From an uncultured Candidatus Saccharibacteria bacterium (GTDB lineage Bacteria; Patescibacteriota; Minisyncoccia; Phycocordibacterales; JAKFXT01): 64,000 nt of DNA. The stretch spans positions 2,663 through 66,662 of the forward strand of contig CAZIPS010000003.1 in NCBI GenBank assembly GCA_964541455.1, read 5' to 3'. Every line of letters begins with the position of its first letter. Within the stretch, counting starts at the first letter, position 1. Positions 39,465 to 48,893 of the stretch are shown one piece after another. The notes beneath the pieces were generated by a model, which ran no database searches, was not told the origin of the DNA, and was given only the letters and a program-made list of their open reading frames with translations. The position numbers were made by a program, and so were the translations under genes.

Positions 39465-40658
39465 ATGTTTTTAGGAGAGAAAAAAAGAAAAATAATTACA
39501 GAGAGGGAGGCTATTGAGGAAGTACTCACAAGAGGGGTTGATAAACTTGTAAACGAGGAAGTGTTGAGGGGGGCATTGTCAGAAGGGCAGCCACTTCGTA
39601 TTAAACTAGGTATAGATCCAACAAGCCCACATATCCATATTGGACGGGCTGTAGTATTGCGTAAGCTTAAGGCATTTCAAGACTTAGGGCACACCCCGGT
39701 ATTTATTGTGGGCGATTTTACGGGGGTTATTGGGGATACATCGGACAAAGATGCAGAAAGACCAATGCTCACTCCAGAAAAAATAAAAGAAAACCTAAAG
39801 AGCTATTTTGCCCAAGCAGGGAAAATTATAGATCTAAAAAAAGCAGAGACACATTACAACTCAACATGGCTTTCAAAACTTACCTACAAAGAGATAGGGC
39901 AACAGGCTGACTGGGTTAGTGTTGCCGATTTTATCTCACGCGACGTTATTAAAAGAAGACTCGATCAGGGTTCGCGGGTGTCGCTCCGAGAAATGCTCTA
40001 CCCCCTAATGCAAGGATATGATTCAGTGGCAGTTAAAGCCGATGTTGAGCTTGGGGGGGTTGATCAGTGGTTTAACCTCCTTTCAGGGAGAGTAATGCAG
40101 GAGCACTATAAACAAAAACCACAGAACATTCTTACCACCAAACTTCTTATGGGGCTTGATGGGCGCAAAATGAGCTCAAGTTGGGGGAACACGATAAATA
40201 TCACCGAAACACCAAATGAAATGTTTGGGAAAACAATGAGTCTAAAAGATGAATTGCTCTCTGAATACTTCACACTTGCAACTGACCTTAAAGAGGAGGC
40301 CATTAAAGAAGCCCTTCTTAAGGGTCCGCGTGATGCTAAGGTAATACTGGCACGCACGCTTGTCGCCCAATATCATGGAGAAAAAGAAGCAGAAAAGGCC
40401 GAACACTATTTCATCGAAACATTTAGTCAAAAAAAGATTCCAGACAATGTGCCTTCTATAGAAGGAAAGGAGGGAGAGGTGTTAGGGGATATATTAGTAC
40501 GTGGGGGCTTCCTCCCTTCAAAGTCAGAATGGACGAGGTTGGTGGACCAAGGCGCCGTAGTGCTCCTCCCAGAAAACAAAGTGACCGACAGTAAAGAAAT
40601 TGCTGTTAAAGGGGCTGTATATAAAATAGGAAAGCATCGATTTGTAAAAATCATATAA
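39465..40658 (+). CDS. tyrS: Tyrosine--tRNA ligase
   Basis: LGIDPTSPHIHIG, YPLMQGYD, GGVDQWFN, KMSSS. Confidence 0.96.
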   Translation: MFLGEKKRKIITEREAIEEVLTRGVDKLVNEEVLRGALSEGQPLRIKLGIDPTSPHIHIGRAVVLRKLKAFQDLGHTPVFIVGDFTGVIGDTSDKDAERPMLTPEKIKENLKSYFAQAGKIIDLKKAETHYNSTWLSKLTYKEIGQQADWVSVADFISRDVIKRRLDQGSRVSLREMLYPLMQGYDSVAVKADVELGGVDQWFNLLSGRVMQEHYKQKPQNILTTKLLMGLDGRKMSSSWGNTINITETPNEMFGKTMSLKDELLSEYFTLATDLKEEAIKEALLKGPRDAKVILARTLVAQYHGEKEAEKAEHYFIETFSQKKIPDNVPSIEGKEGEVLGDILVRGGFLPSKSEWTRLVDQGAVVLLPENKVTDSKEIAVKGAVYKIGKHRFVKII

Positions 40659-40697
40659 ATATAAAAATCCCCCACAGAAGTGGGGGATTTTTATATT
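40658..40697. terminator. Bidirectional terminator
   Basis: AATATAAAAATCCCCCAC-agaa-GTGGGGGATTTTTATATT. Confidence 0.88.
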
Positions 40698-40700
40698 GTA

Positions 40701-40913
40701 CTAGAGTAGATCTTTTTCCTCTGGCTCAAAGTCCATTTTGTCAGTTTCAAGCTCGTCATCTTCACCTCCTGAAAACTCATCAAGCTCTGGATCAGAGGCG
40801 GCCTCATCTGCTACTTCATCATCCGCCATATCATCGTCATCTGGGTGAGTGAGCGCACTTGCAGTGATCTCAATATTCTCATCTTTCAAATCGCCATTTA
40901 AATCGTCAGACAT
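40701..40913 (-). CDS. Very acidic small protein
   Basis: 70 aa, D/E-dominated; AAGGA SD upstream. Confidence 0.6.
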   Translation of the reverse strand: MSDDLNGDLKDENIEITASALTHPDDDDMADDEVADEAASDPELDEFSGGEDDELETDKMDFEPEEKDLL

Positions 40914-40996
40914 ATCCTTAAACAGAAAAAATTATCTTTTATGGGATTGTTGTATCATGGTCACTTTTCTTTGTAAACACCTTTTGTGAACAGGGG

Positions 40997-41473
40997 TTAT
41001 AACCCGCGGTGGCAGGCCGAAGCAGTGAGTGCAAGGGCAATGGCATCATACTCATCATCTATCCTTTTGCCCTTTGGGACTTTAATAAGGCGCTCTACCA
41101 TATGCGCCACCTGGTCCTTACTGCTCTTGCCATAGCCAACAATAGCGTCCTTTACTTGCAGTGGAGTGAACTCAACAATAGGGATATTATTCCTCTGTGC
41201 TATGTAGAGGAGCGCCCCTCGCGTTTCAGCAACGCGCATAGCGGTTTTTTGATTATTGCTAATAAAAAGATTTTCTATTGAGAGAAGTTCGGGGGAGTAT
41301 TGGGCAATGGTTTTTTCAAAATGGGTACCCAACAAAAGGAGGCGTTCGGCAAAGGGAAGTGCAGCACTTGTTTTAAAGCATTCAGAATGAAGGAGTGTTT
41401 CTTTAGTCCGCTCTCCTTCGATCACTGCGATGCCAAGACGTTCATATCCTGGGTCGATACCTATAATCCGCAT
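40997..41473 (-). CDS. ruvC: Holliday junction resolvase RuvC
   Basis: MRIIGIDPG, SIENLF, KDQVAHMV, DDEYDAIALA. Confidence 0.95.
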   Translation of the reverse strand: MRIIGIDPGYERLGIAVIEGERTKETLLHSECFKTSAALPFAERLLLLGTHFEKTIAQYSPELLSIENLFISNNQKTAMRVAETRGALLYIAQRNNIPIVEFTPLQVKDAIVGYGKSSKDQVAHMVERLIKVPKGKRIDDEYDAIALALTASACHRGL

Positions 41474-41484
41474 AGAGGAATAAA

Positions 41485-42024
41485 TTATGTATTAAACTCT
41501 GCGTTCGTAAAAACCTCCTGCACTTCGTCATTATCTTCAAGTTCTTCCATGATAGTAATAAGCGTTGCACTATCCGCTTCGTTTAGCGGAACACTGAGAT
41601 TGGGCATCCATGTACCCTGTGCCTTAGTAAAGGCCCATGTGGCAGAACCTATGGCACCAAGCGACCCTCCGTTTTTTGAAAGAATGTGTTTTACCTCCTG
41701 TGCTGCTTTATTACGATTGTCGGTAAGGGCTTCGATGATAAGGGCTGCTCCGCCTGGGCCGTACCCCTCATAGGTAATAGCTTCCATAGAGCCAGCTTCT
41801 CCCCCAAGACCTTTTTTAATAGCACGCTCAATGGTGTCCTTACTCATATTTTCTTTTTTGGCCTTTTCGATAATAGCTCGAAGTGAGGGTGCGTTCACAT
41901 CCCCCTTAACCCTTTTTGATTCTGTAGCAAGGAGACGGCCGAATTTACTAAAGAGTTTGCTGCGAGCAGCATCTGTCGCCCCTTTAGCGCGTTTTATTTG
42001 CTCCCATTTAGAATGTCCTGCCAT
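41485..42024 (-). CDS. yebC: YebC/PmpR family protein (short form)
   Basis: MAGHSKW, YEGYGPGG, TDNRNK, DEVQEVFTN. Confidence 0.93.
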   Translation of the reverse strand: MAGHSKWEQIKRAKGATDAARSKLFSKFGRLLATESKRVKGDVNAPSLRAIIEKAKKENMSKDTIERAIKKGLGGEAGSMEAITYEGYGPGGAALIIEALTDNRNKAAQEVKHILSKNGGSLGAIGSATWAFTKAQGTWMPNLSVPLNEADSATLITIMEELEDNDEVQEVFTNAEFNT

Positions 42025-42041
42025 AGTAGTATGTGTATAAT

Positions 42042-43058
42042 TTATAAATTAAGGGGAACTTGATGTTGTTTTGGAGCTTTTTTCTCTAAATGCTCATACC
42101 CTCGAGTAGTCACCACGCGGCCACGAGGAGTTCTTTCCAAAAGCCCGAGTTGCATAAGGTAGGGCTCATGTACATCTTCTACAGTTCCTTCGTCTTCAGA
42201 AAGTGCCGCGGCGATAGTGGTAAGCCCCACAGGACCTCCTTTGAACTTATCAATAAGGACCTCAAGAAGTAAGCGATCGGCCGGCATAAGTCCGAGCGTA
42301 TCAACCCCTAAGAGCTCAAGCGCTTCTTTGACTGCTCCTTCAGAAAGAATTTTCTTAGAAACCTGTGCAAAATCACGACTTCGTTTGAGGAGGTAATTTG
42401 CCGTGCGAGGAGTAAAGCGGCTTCGCTTGGCGATTTCCATAATTCCTTCCTTAGTACTTTCGATATTAAGGAGTGCTGCAGAACGTTTGATAATAGAAGC
42501 TATTTCTTCTTCGGTATAAAATTCGAGGCGAAAAACGCCGCCTGAAAAACGACTCCGTAGCGGGGCTGAAAGAAGTGCCATGCGCGTTGTTGCAGCAATA
42601 AGTGTGAAAGGAGGGAGTTCTAACTGAATGGTGCGCGCCGAGGGACCCTTGCCGATAATAATATCAAGCACTCCTGATTCCATGGCAGGGTAGAGCACTT
42701 CCTCAATAGTTTTGTTGAGGCGGTGGATCTCGTCTATGAACAGAACATCACGAGGTGAGAGGTTGGTGAGTATTGAAGCAAGGTCCCCCACCTTTTCTAT
42801 AGCAGGGCCTGAAGTGATTTTGATACCACTTCCTATTTCTTTGGCGATAAGGTGTGCAAGCGTTGTTTTCCCAAGTCCTGGAGGACCGTAGAAGAGCACG
42901 TGCTCTGGGGCATGGTTACGTTCTTTGGCAGCACCTAGTAGGATACGGAGATTTTTTTTGATTTGCTCTTGGCCAATATACTCATCCCAAGAAGAGGGGC
43001 GAAGCGCTTGGTCTAAGTAGACCTCATCTTTTCCATGTTGTGCCTCTTTTTTACTCAT
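42042..43058 (-). CDS. ruvB: Holliday junction helicase RuvB
   Basis: [35 protein letters not shown]. Confidence 0.97.
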   Translation of the reverse strand: MSKKEAQHGKDEVYLDQALRPSSWDEYIGQEQIKKNLRILLGAAKERNHAPEHVLFYGPPGLGKTTLAHLIAKEIGSGIKITSGPAIEKVGDLASILTNLSPRDVLFIDEIHRLNKTIEEVLYPAMESGVLDIIIGKGPSARTIQLELPPFTLIAATTRMALLSAPLRSRFSGGVFRLEFYTEEEIASIIKRSAALLNIESTKEGIMEIAKRSRFTPRTANYLLKRSRDFAQVSKKILSEGAVKEALELLGVDTLGLMPADRLLLEVLIDKFKGGPVGLTTIAAALSEDEGTVEDVHEPYLMQLGLLERTPRGRVVTTRGYEHLEKKAPKQHQVPLNL

Positions 43059-43132
43059 AGCAATGTTTCAATTGTACCATTTTAGAAAAGGAGGGTGGGG
43101 GAGGGGTCAAAAAAGACCACAGGAAAAGGTAC

Positions 43133-43161
43133 TTGACAAGAATGAGCTAGTATGCTAGACT
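43133..43161 (+). promoter_or_regulatory. Sigma70-type promoter
   Basis: TTGACA (43133-43138), 17-nt spacer, TG-c-TAGACT (-10 at 43156-43161). Confidence 0.8.
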
Positions 43162-43167
43162 TAACCT

Positions 43168-43500
43168 CAGCCTGATTAAGAGGGCCTTTTTATTTAAAGG
43201 CAGCAGTGTCTAGAAATAGAGGAGCTTTCTTTACAAAAAACGGGCATTTTTTGTTGGCTATCCAGCATATTGCTCTCTAAGAAATTGGGTCCCCGTGACC
43301 TACTGGTGTTCCTGCAAGGACTTCCTGGTGCTTATCTTTACGATAAACCGCTGGCAATCTCCTCAGAGGAATTCTTAACTTTTGATACTTCGTATTAAAA
43401 GTATTTCTTAGAGAGTAATCGGCTGGATAGAGCGCTCAATATTAAGAACCTAGGGTCTATATAAAGAAAAAGTCCTCATGTGTGGGGGCTTTTTCTTTTT
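43168..43500 (+). ncRNA. Candidate structured non-coding RNA of unknown family
   Basis: No ORF of 60 aa or more; promoter upstream and terminator downstream; long closing helix 43258-43285/43403-43430 enclosing five hairpins. Confidence 0.6.
43463..43500 (+). terminator. Intrinsic terminator (possibly bidirectional)
   Basis: AAAGAAAAAGTCCTCA-tgtg-TGGGGGCTTTTTCTTTTT. Confidence 0.8.
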
Positions 43501-43635
43501 CACTTTGCTACTTAAAAAAGATTACTCCTCTTTTTTGTTTAGGACAACTAGACGTTACCGGTTTTCAGTTTCTAATACAAAAATAACAAGATCTAAAATT
43601 TTTTTGTGCAGACGTCAACTTTGTTGTTAAACATG

Positions 43636-45303
43636 TTAGAGACCGAGGTCAATTACACGAGCAAGTTCTTCAAGTGTGGTGGTGCCTTGTAGTATTTTTA
43701 TAAAGCCATCTTGCTTTAGACTAAGCATGTGTTGCGATGCGGCTGCTTTCATAATATCTTCTTCGCCCGGGTTTTCATTAATCGCTTTGTTTACTTCCGG
43801 TGTCATGAGAATCGCTTCAAAAATTCCAACGCGCCCTTTGTAGCCAACACCACTACACTCGGAGCACCCCACCGCTTCAAACACATGCTCCATCTGTAGG
43901 TTATCTGGTTTTTCTGTGGCCTCTGCAAGTTCTGTCTCTATGATGGTTTTAGTTTCAGGGGGGAGAGGAATTTCTTTGGCACAATTTTTGCAAAGTTTTC
44001 TTACGAGGCGTTGTGCGATAGCAACATTTACCGCAGAGCTAATCACTTTTGGATTAACCCCAAGATCGATAAGGCGGGGAAAGGCTCCTGCGGCGTTATT
44101 GGTGTGGAGTGTTGAAAGCACAAGGTGTCCGGTGAGCCCCGCGTTAATAGCAATCTCTGCAGTTTCATCATCACGTATTTCACCCACCATGATGACATCA
44201 GGATCTTGGCGAAGGACCGAACGAAGTCCTTGTGAAAAGTTATAATTTTTATGATCTACCTGTGTCTGGACGATACCAGGGAGGTGATACTCGATAGGGT
44301 CCTCGATAGTAATGATTTTTATTTCAGGGTTGTGCACTTTTCGCAAGAAGGCGTAGAGCGTGGTGGTCTTACCACTTCCTGTGGGGCCGGTGTTTAAGAT
44401 CATACCGTTTGGACGGTGGATTTCATGATCCAATATTTTAAAAAGTTTTGGAGAAATGCCGAGTTCCTCCATGGGAACTTGGATAGACTTTGGGTTCAGG
44501 ATACGAAGCACGATTGATTCGTTGTATGCCCCAGGAAGTAGCGAGGTGCGGATTTCAATTTCACTATCTGCTATTTTGATGGAGAAGCGCCCATCTTGTG
44601 CCTCATTTTTAACGTTAAGCTTAAGGCGAGAAAGAAGTTTGATGCGAGAGAGGAGAAGCGCAAAGGTCTCATGGTCGAAGTTTAAAATATGCGTAAGCAC
44701 GCCATCCAGGCGATAACGAAGTCGCACATACTCTTCTTCGGGTTCAACGTGTATGTCGGACGCCCCCATAGAAAGTGCACCAGCGAGCACAATTTCAAGA
44801 ATACGGGAAATACGATACGCCTTTTTTTCAACAAGCACATCTTCGATAAGTTTTTGCACGTCGTCAAGCGAGCGCACGCGCGAAACAAAGCCCTCTATTT
44901 CTTCGCTTGATATATCAAGTACTCCCGCCTTACTTTCCGAAGCAAAGGATATTTCTTTATACCTCCCCCATGCGCGCTCAAGACTTCCTTTAGAGACAAT
45001 ATAGGGAGTGACGTTATAGTTGCGGCGTTTTAGGTCTTCAAGTATCGCCCTAGTTTCGTCGCTATCGGGGGCGAGCACGGCAATCCGAAGCTTTCTTCCG
45101 GTGGCGTCAAAAATCGCTACTTTAGCAGCGCGTGCCTCGTCTTCCGGTATGAGTCGTAGCGCATCGGTCTCTATAGACATGCGGGAGAGGTCGAGGTACT
45201 CGATGCCATATTTCCCCGAAAGGATCATGGCAAGCTCCTCCTCTTCTTTTTTGAGCAGTTCGTCTATTTTCTTATCCTGCTTGTCTTCGTCAAATGTAAG
45301 CAT
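43636..45303 (-). CDS. pilB: Type IV pilus assembly ATPase PilB / GspE family
   Basis: ASDIHVEP, TGPTGSGKTTT, TIEDPIEY, LRQDPDVIMVGEIRD, CKNC/CSEC zinc motif. Confidence 0.93.
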   Translation of the reverse strand: MLTFDEDKQDKKIDELLKKEEEELAMILSGKYGIEYLDLSRMSIETDALRLIPEDEARAAKVAIFDATGRKLRIAVLAPDSDETRAILEDLKRRNYNVTPYIVSKGSLERAWGRYKEISFASESKAGVLDISSEEIEGFVSRVRSLDDVQKLIEDVLVEKKAYRISRILEIVLAGALSMGASDIHVEPEEEYVRLRYRLDGVLTHILNFDHETFALLLSRIKLLSRLKLNVKNEAQDGRFSIKIADSEIEIRTSLLPGAYNESIVLRILNPKSIQVPMEELGISPKLFKILDHEIHRPNGMILNTGPTGSGKTTTLYAFLRKVHNPEIKIITIEDPIEYHLPGIVQTQVDHKNYNFSQGLRSVLRQDPDVIMVGEIRDDETAEIAINAGLTGHLVLSTLHTNNAAGAFPRLIDLGVNPKVISSAVNVAIAQRLVRKLCKNCAKEIPLPPETKTIIETELAEATEKPDNLQMEHVFEAVGCSECSGVGYKGRVGIFEAILMTPEVNKAINENPGEEDIMKAAASQHMLSLKQDGFIKILQGTTTLEELARVIDLGL

Positions 45304-45386
45304 TTCCCTTAAATCATAGCATGGGAGTGTCGTAAAAGAGGCCGAGGCAGAGCCATTTTTAGGGGATAAGGGAGAGAGGAGGAGGG

Positions 45387-45415
45387 TTGACTTTTAGCAA
45401 TTTTTCGTGTATAAT
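45387..45415 (+). promoter_or_regulatory. Sigma70-type promoter
   Basis: TTGACT, 17-nt spacer, TATAAT. Confidence 0.8.
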
Positions 45416-45469
45416 ATCAACCATCAAGCTTGGGAAGGGTCCCAGGCTCGCACATTACAGGAGAAGGTC

Positions 45470-45955
45470 ATGTATACTCGCTTTGCAGTTCCGGTGGTTC
45501 TCGTGCTCGTCGCCCTCTTCGGGGGTTGTGCGGGCATCAACTCGATAGACCCGCAAGTCTATCGTTACGGGGGCGGCTTTCAGTCCGATTTCGTCGTCAC
45601 AGCTCCGCCTTGTAAGCAATTGCAGGCGGAAGGTAAGTCGTGGCAGGCAATTCAATGTCAAAGTGGCGTCAACGCGCAGGCGCGCGACAATGCGACGACG
45701 GTTTTCCTAGAGGAGGCCCGCCAGGCAGAGCTCATCTACTGGCAGGCCTATAACTCGGTCCGTGTTGGGCCGGAAGGGTTCGGTGTCAGTCAGTTCAGCT
45801 GCCGCCCGTTTCGTATCTCCCTCGTTAAGTTCAGTCGTTGCAACGACGGCCTGCGCGAGGGGGCGCAAAACGCCATCCGCAATGCCTACTGGCAGAGCGA
45901 GCGCGACATGCAAGCCGCGCGCGAGGTGGGGAGAACGCACACTAATAGCCGATGA
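45470..45955 (+). CDS. Putative lipoprotein, GC-rich orphan
   Basis: AGGAG SD; signal peptide ending LFGGC (lipobox-like); own promoter and terminator. Confidence 0.75.
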   Translation: MYTRFAVPVVLVLVALFGGCAGINSIDPQVYRYGGGFQSDFVVTAPPCKQLQAEGKSWQAIQCQSGVNAQARDNATTVFLEEARQAELIYWQAYNSVRVGPEGFGVSQFSCRPFRISLVKFSRCNDGLREGAQNAIRNAYWQSERDMQAAREVGRTHTNSR

Positions 45956-45981
45956 GGCTTGGACCTTCTCCTTCCAGTTTC

Positions 45982-46008
45982 AAGGCGTCCTTTCGGGGAT
46001 GCCTTTTT
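45982..46008 (+). terminator. Intrinsic terminator
   Basis: AAGGCGTCCT-ttcg-GGGATGCCTTTTT. Confidence 0.8.
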
Positions 46009-46057
46009 CATTTCCCCTTACATTTTCGAGAGGTTGGTGCATGGTAGAATGGGGGCA

Positions 46058-46486
46058 ATGAAACGTCTTGTTAAAAGTTTGGAGGAAATGGACCTTTTTG
46101 CCGAAGAAGTGTTGGCAAGCCTTCCTTTAGAGAAGGAGGCGACACTTCTTACCCTTAAAGGAGAACTTGGGGCAGGGAAAACGGCTTTTACTAAAGCTAT
46201 AGCGAAACATTTAGGGGTGGTTGAGGTCGTAAATAGCCCTACGTTCGTGGTCATGAAATCTTATGATCTTGTAGGGCGCGCGTATAAAAAACTCATTCAC
46301 ATTGATGCGTATCGTATTGAAGACATATCTGAACTTAAGCCTCTTAAGTTCGAAACATTACTAAAAGACCCGTCGAACCTCATAGTGCTTGAGTGGCCAG
46401 AACGCATAAGTGAAGCGTTGCCTAAAGATGCGCGGACTATCAAGTTTACGTTTGTGGATGAGACGACGCGTGAAGTGGAATATTAA
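46058..46486 (+). CDS. tsaE: tRNA threonylcarbamoyladenosine biosynthesis ATPase TsaE
   Basis: LKGELGAGKT, VNSPTF, HIDAYRI, LEWPE. Confidence 0.95.
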   Translation: MKRLVKSLEEMDLFAEEVLASLPLEKEATLLTLKGELGAGKTAFTKAIAKHLGVVEVVNSPTFVVMKSYDLVGRAYKKLIHIDAYRIEDISELKPLKFETLLKDPSNLIVLEWPERISEALPKDARTIKFTFVDETTREVEY

Positions 46487-46489
46487 GGT

Positions 46490-48877
46490 ATGGCAAAAAG
46501 TATCAAGAAAGAAAAAAAAATACGCATTGTTTTGCTCGATGTGCACGCCATTCTTCATAGGGCCTATCATGCATTGCCTGATTTTGCGACGTCCGACGGT
46601 AAGCCAACAGGAGCGCTTTATGGACTTTCAACCATGCTCCTTAAAATAGTAAACGATTTGAAGCCAGATTATATTGCAGCTTGTTACGATCTCCCAGGGC
46701 CAACATTCAGGCACGAGGCTTACGAAGCGTATAAGGGGACACGAAGTAAAACTGACGATGCACTTGTTTCTCAATTGGAGAAGAGTCGCGATGTGTTTAA
46801 GGCCTTCAACATCCCAATGTATGAGGCGCCGGGGTTTGAGGCTGATGATATGTTGGGCACTATTGTTGAGCAGTTGAAAAAGAAAGATATACAAGTGGTG
46901 ATCGCTTCGGGGGATATGGACACCATGCAGCTTATTGATGATGAAAAGGTGGTGGTCTATACCTTAAAGAAAGGGATTAACGACACTATTCTCTACGATG
47001 AAAAGGCGGTGATTGAGCGTTTCGGCTTTCCGCCAAAACTTTTGCCAGACTACAAGGGACTTCGTGGTGATCCGTCTGATAACATTATCGGTATTAAAGG
47101 TATTGGGGAGAAAACAGCAACAGAACTCATTGTTGCTTTTGGGAGTATTGAAAAAATGTATAAGCAGCTTAAGAAAGAGCGAGGTGCTTTTTTGAAAGCG
47201 GGAATCAAGGAGCGCATCATCACACTCCTTGAAGAGGGACACGATGAGGCTCTTTTTTCAAAAACACTTGCAACTATTCGTCGAGATGCCCCTATTGTAT
47301 TCACGCTTCCTCAAAAAACATGGAGAGAAGGTATTGAAGTGTCGAAGATGCTTGAATTATTTACGGAACTACAATTCCGTGCACTTTCTGTGCGGGTGAG
47401 AGATCTCTTTGGGCAGAATACGCTTCTAGCAGGAGTTTCTGATGAACCAATAGAACAATTCGAAGAGAAAGAGGAAGTACAAGAAAAAGAACTTGAAGAA
47501 ACAGCGCTAGCGTTGTTCGTGCTTGATTCCAACTACCTTGATCCAGGGATTGAGGACATTTTAAATTTTGCTAAAACTGAAAGTTTCGCCAAAGCAAGGG
47601 AAATTATTTTTGAAGGATTAAAGCAAAGAGGGGTTTTAAAGGTGTATGAAGAAATAGAGAAACCACTTCTTCCGGTGGTTAAGAGAATGGAGGCGTGGGG
47701 AATTGCCATCGATACTCCTTATTTTAAAAAGTTAGGCGAAACGTACCACAAAGAACTTTCTAAGATTGAAGGAAAGATATTTGAGCTTGCCGGAACAGAG
47801 TTTAATGTTAATTCACCCAAACAGTTAAGTGAGATATTGTTTGATAAGTTGGGACTTGCACTCAAAAATCACAAAAAAACCGCAGGGGGAGTGAAGTCTA
47901 CTCGTGAGTCGGAGCTTGAGAAGATGAAGGAGCTTCATCCTATTGTTAACTTCATTCTCTCTTATCGAGAACTACAGAAATTGCTTTCTACCTATATAGA
48001 TACGATTCCTGCGCTTGTGGGGAATGATGGGAGACTTCATGCGCGGTTTGTGTTAGCAGGGGCGGCGACGGGGCGTATGTCTTCTCAGAATCCAAACCTT
48101 CAGAATATTCCTGTAAAAACAGAACTTGGAAGAAATATCCGTCCAGGGTTTGTGGCGGAAAAAGGATATAAACTTGTCACCTTCGATTATGCTCAAATTG
48201 AACTTAAAATTGCCGCTTTTCTTTCAAAAGATAAAAAACTTATAGAGATTTTCAAAAACGGAGAAGATATCCATGAGCAGGTAGCTTCAGAAGTGTTTAA
48301 GGTACCTCCTCAAAAAGTTGATAAGGAAATGAGGCGCAAGGCCAAGGTGATTAACTTCGGTATTCTCTATGGGATGGGGGTTAATGCGCTTAAGGAAAAT
48401 TTGGGAACTGATAGAGCTGAAGCGCAGGAATTTTATAATAAGTATTTTGAAAGTTTTAAAGGGCTTGCTGAGTACCTAAACCATATTAAAGAAGAAGCTC
48501 ATCGACTTGGCTATACTGAGACATACTTTGGACGCAGGCGTTATTTTGAAGGGATTCGCTCCGCACTCCCTTTTATAAAAGCAGCAGCAGAACGTATGGC
48601 AATTAATGCCCCTATCCAAGGGACAAGCGCTGATATTGTAAAGATCGCTATGGCGCGCATCTACGCTATGACCCTTAAAGAGGGGATCGATAAAGAGGTG
48701 AGGCCACTTCTCCAGATACACGATGAGCTTATGTATGAAGTAAAGGAAGACCTTATTGATACTGTTGTTCCGAAAATTCGCGCTATTATGGAGGATATCA
48801 TCCCTCCCAAAGATATTTTCGGTATAACGCTCACAACTGGTTTTGCGGAAGGAAAAAACTGGGGTGAGTTATACTAA
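46490..48877 (+). CDS. polA: DNA polymerase I
   Basis: 5'-3' exonuclease motifs (EADD, GDPSDNIIGIKGIGEKTA) and polymerase motifs TGRMSSQNPNLQNIP, DYAQIELK, QIHDEL. Confidence 0.97.
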   Translation: MAKSIKKEKKIRIVLLDVHAILHRAYHALPDFATSDGKPTGALYGLSTMLLKIVNDLKPDYIAACYDLPGPTFRHEAYEAYKGTRSKTDDALVSQLEKSRDVFKAFNIPMYEAPGFEADDMLGTIVEQLKKKDIQVVIASGDMDTMQLIDDEKVVVYTLKKGINDTILYDEKAVIERFGFPPKLLPDYKGLRGDPSDNIIGIKGIGEKTATELIVAFGSIEKMYKQLKKERGAFLKAGIKERIITLLEEGHDEALFSKTLATIRRDAPIVFTLPQKTWREGIEVSKMLELFTELQFRALSVRVRDLFGQNTLLAGVSDEPIEQFEEKEEVQEKELEETALALFVLDSNYLDPGIEDILNFAKTESFAKAREIIFEGLKQRGVLKVYEEIEKPLLPVVKRMEAWGIAIDTPYFKKLGETYHKELSKIEGKIFELAGTEFNVNSPKQLSEILFDKLGLALKNHKKTAGGVKSTRESELEKMKELHPIVNFILSYRELQKLLSTYIDTIPALVGNDGRLHARFVLAGAATGRMSSQNPNLQNIPVKTELGRNIRPGFVAEKGYKLVTFDYAQIELKIAAFLSKDKKLIEIFKNGEDIHEQVASEVFKVPPQKVDKEMRRKAKVINFGILYGMGVNALKENLGTDRAEAQEFYNKYFESFKGLAEYLNHIKEEAHRLGYTETYFGRRRYFEGIRSALPFIKAAAERMAINAPIQGTSADIVKIAMARIYAMTLKEGIDKEVRPLLQIHDELMYEVKEDLIDTVVPKIRAIMEDIIPPKDIFGITLTTGFAEGKNWGELY

Positions 48878-48893
48878 CCTGCAAAAAACTTTT

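Noticed and set aside
43168-43500. RNase P RNA, tmRNA or SRP RNA identity for the structured intergenic RNA
   Set aside because: No GAGGAAAGUCC/P4 partner at the right spacing (only a minus-strand CAGGAAGTCC), no tRNA-like GGGG...CCA ends or T-loop, and no SRP GGAA helix-8 motif.
46490-48877. Short PolA lacking a recognisable 3'-5' exonuclease domain
   Set aside because: Degeneration of this domain is common in bacterial Pol I and is not novel.
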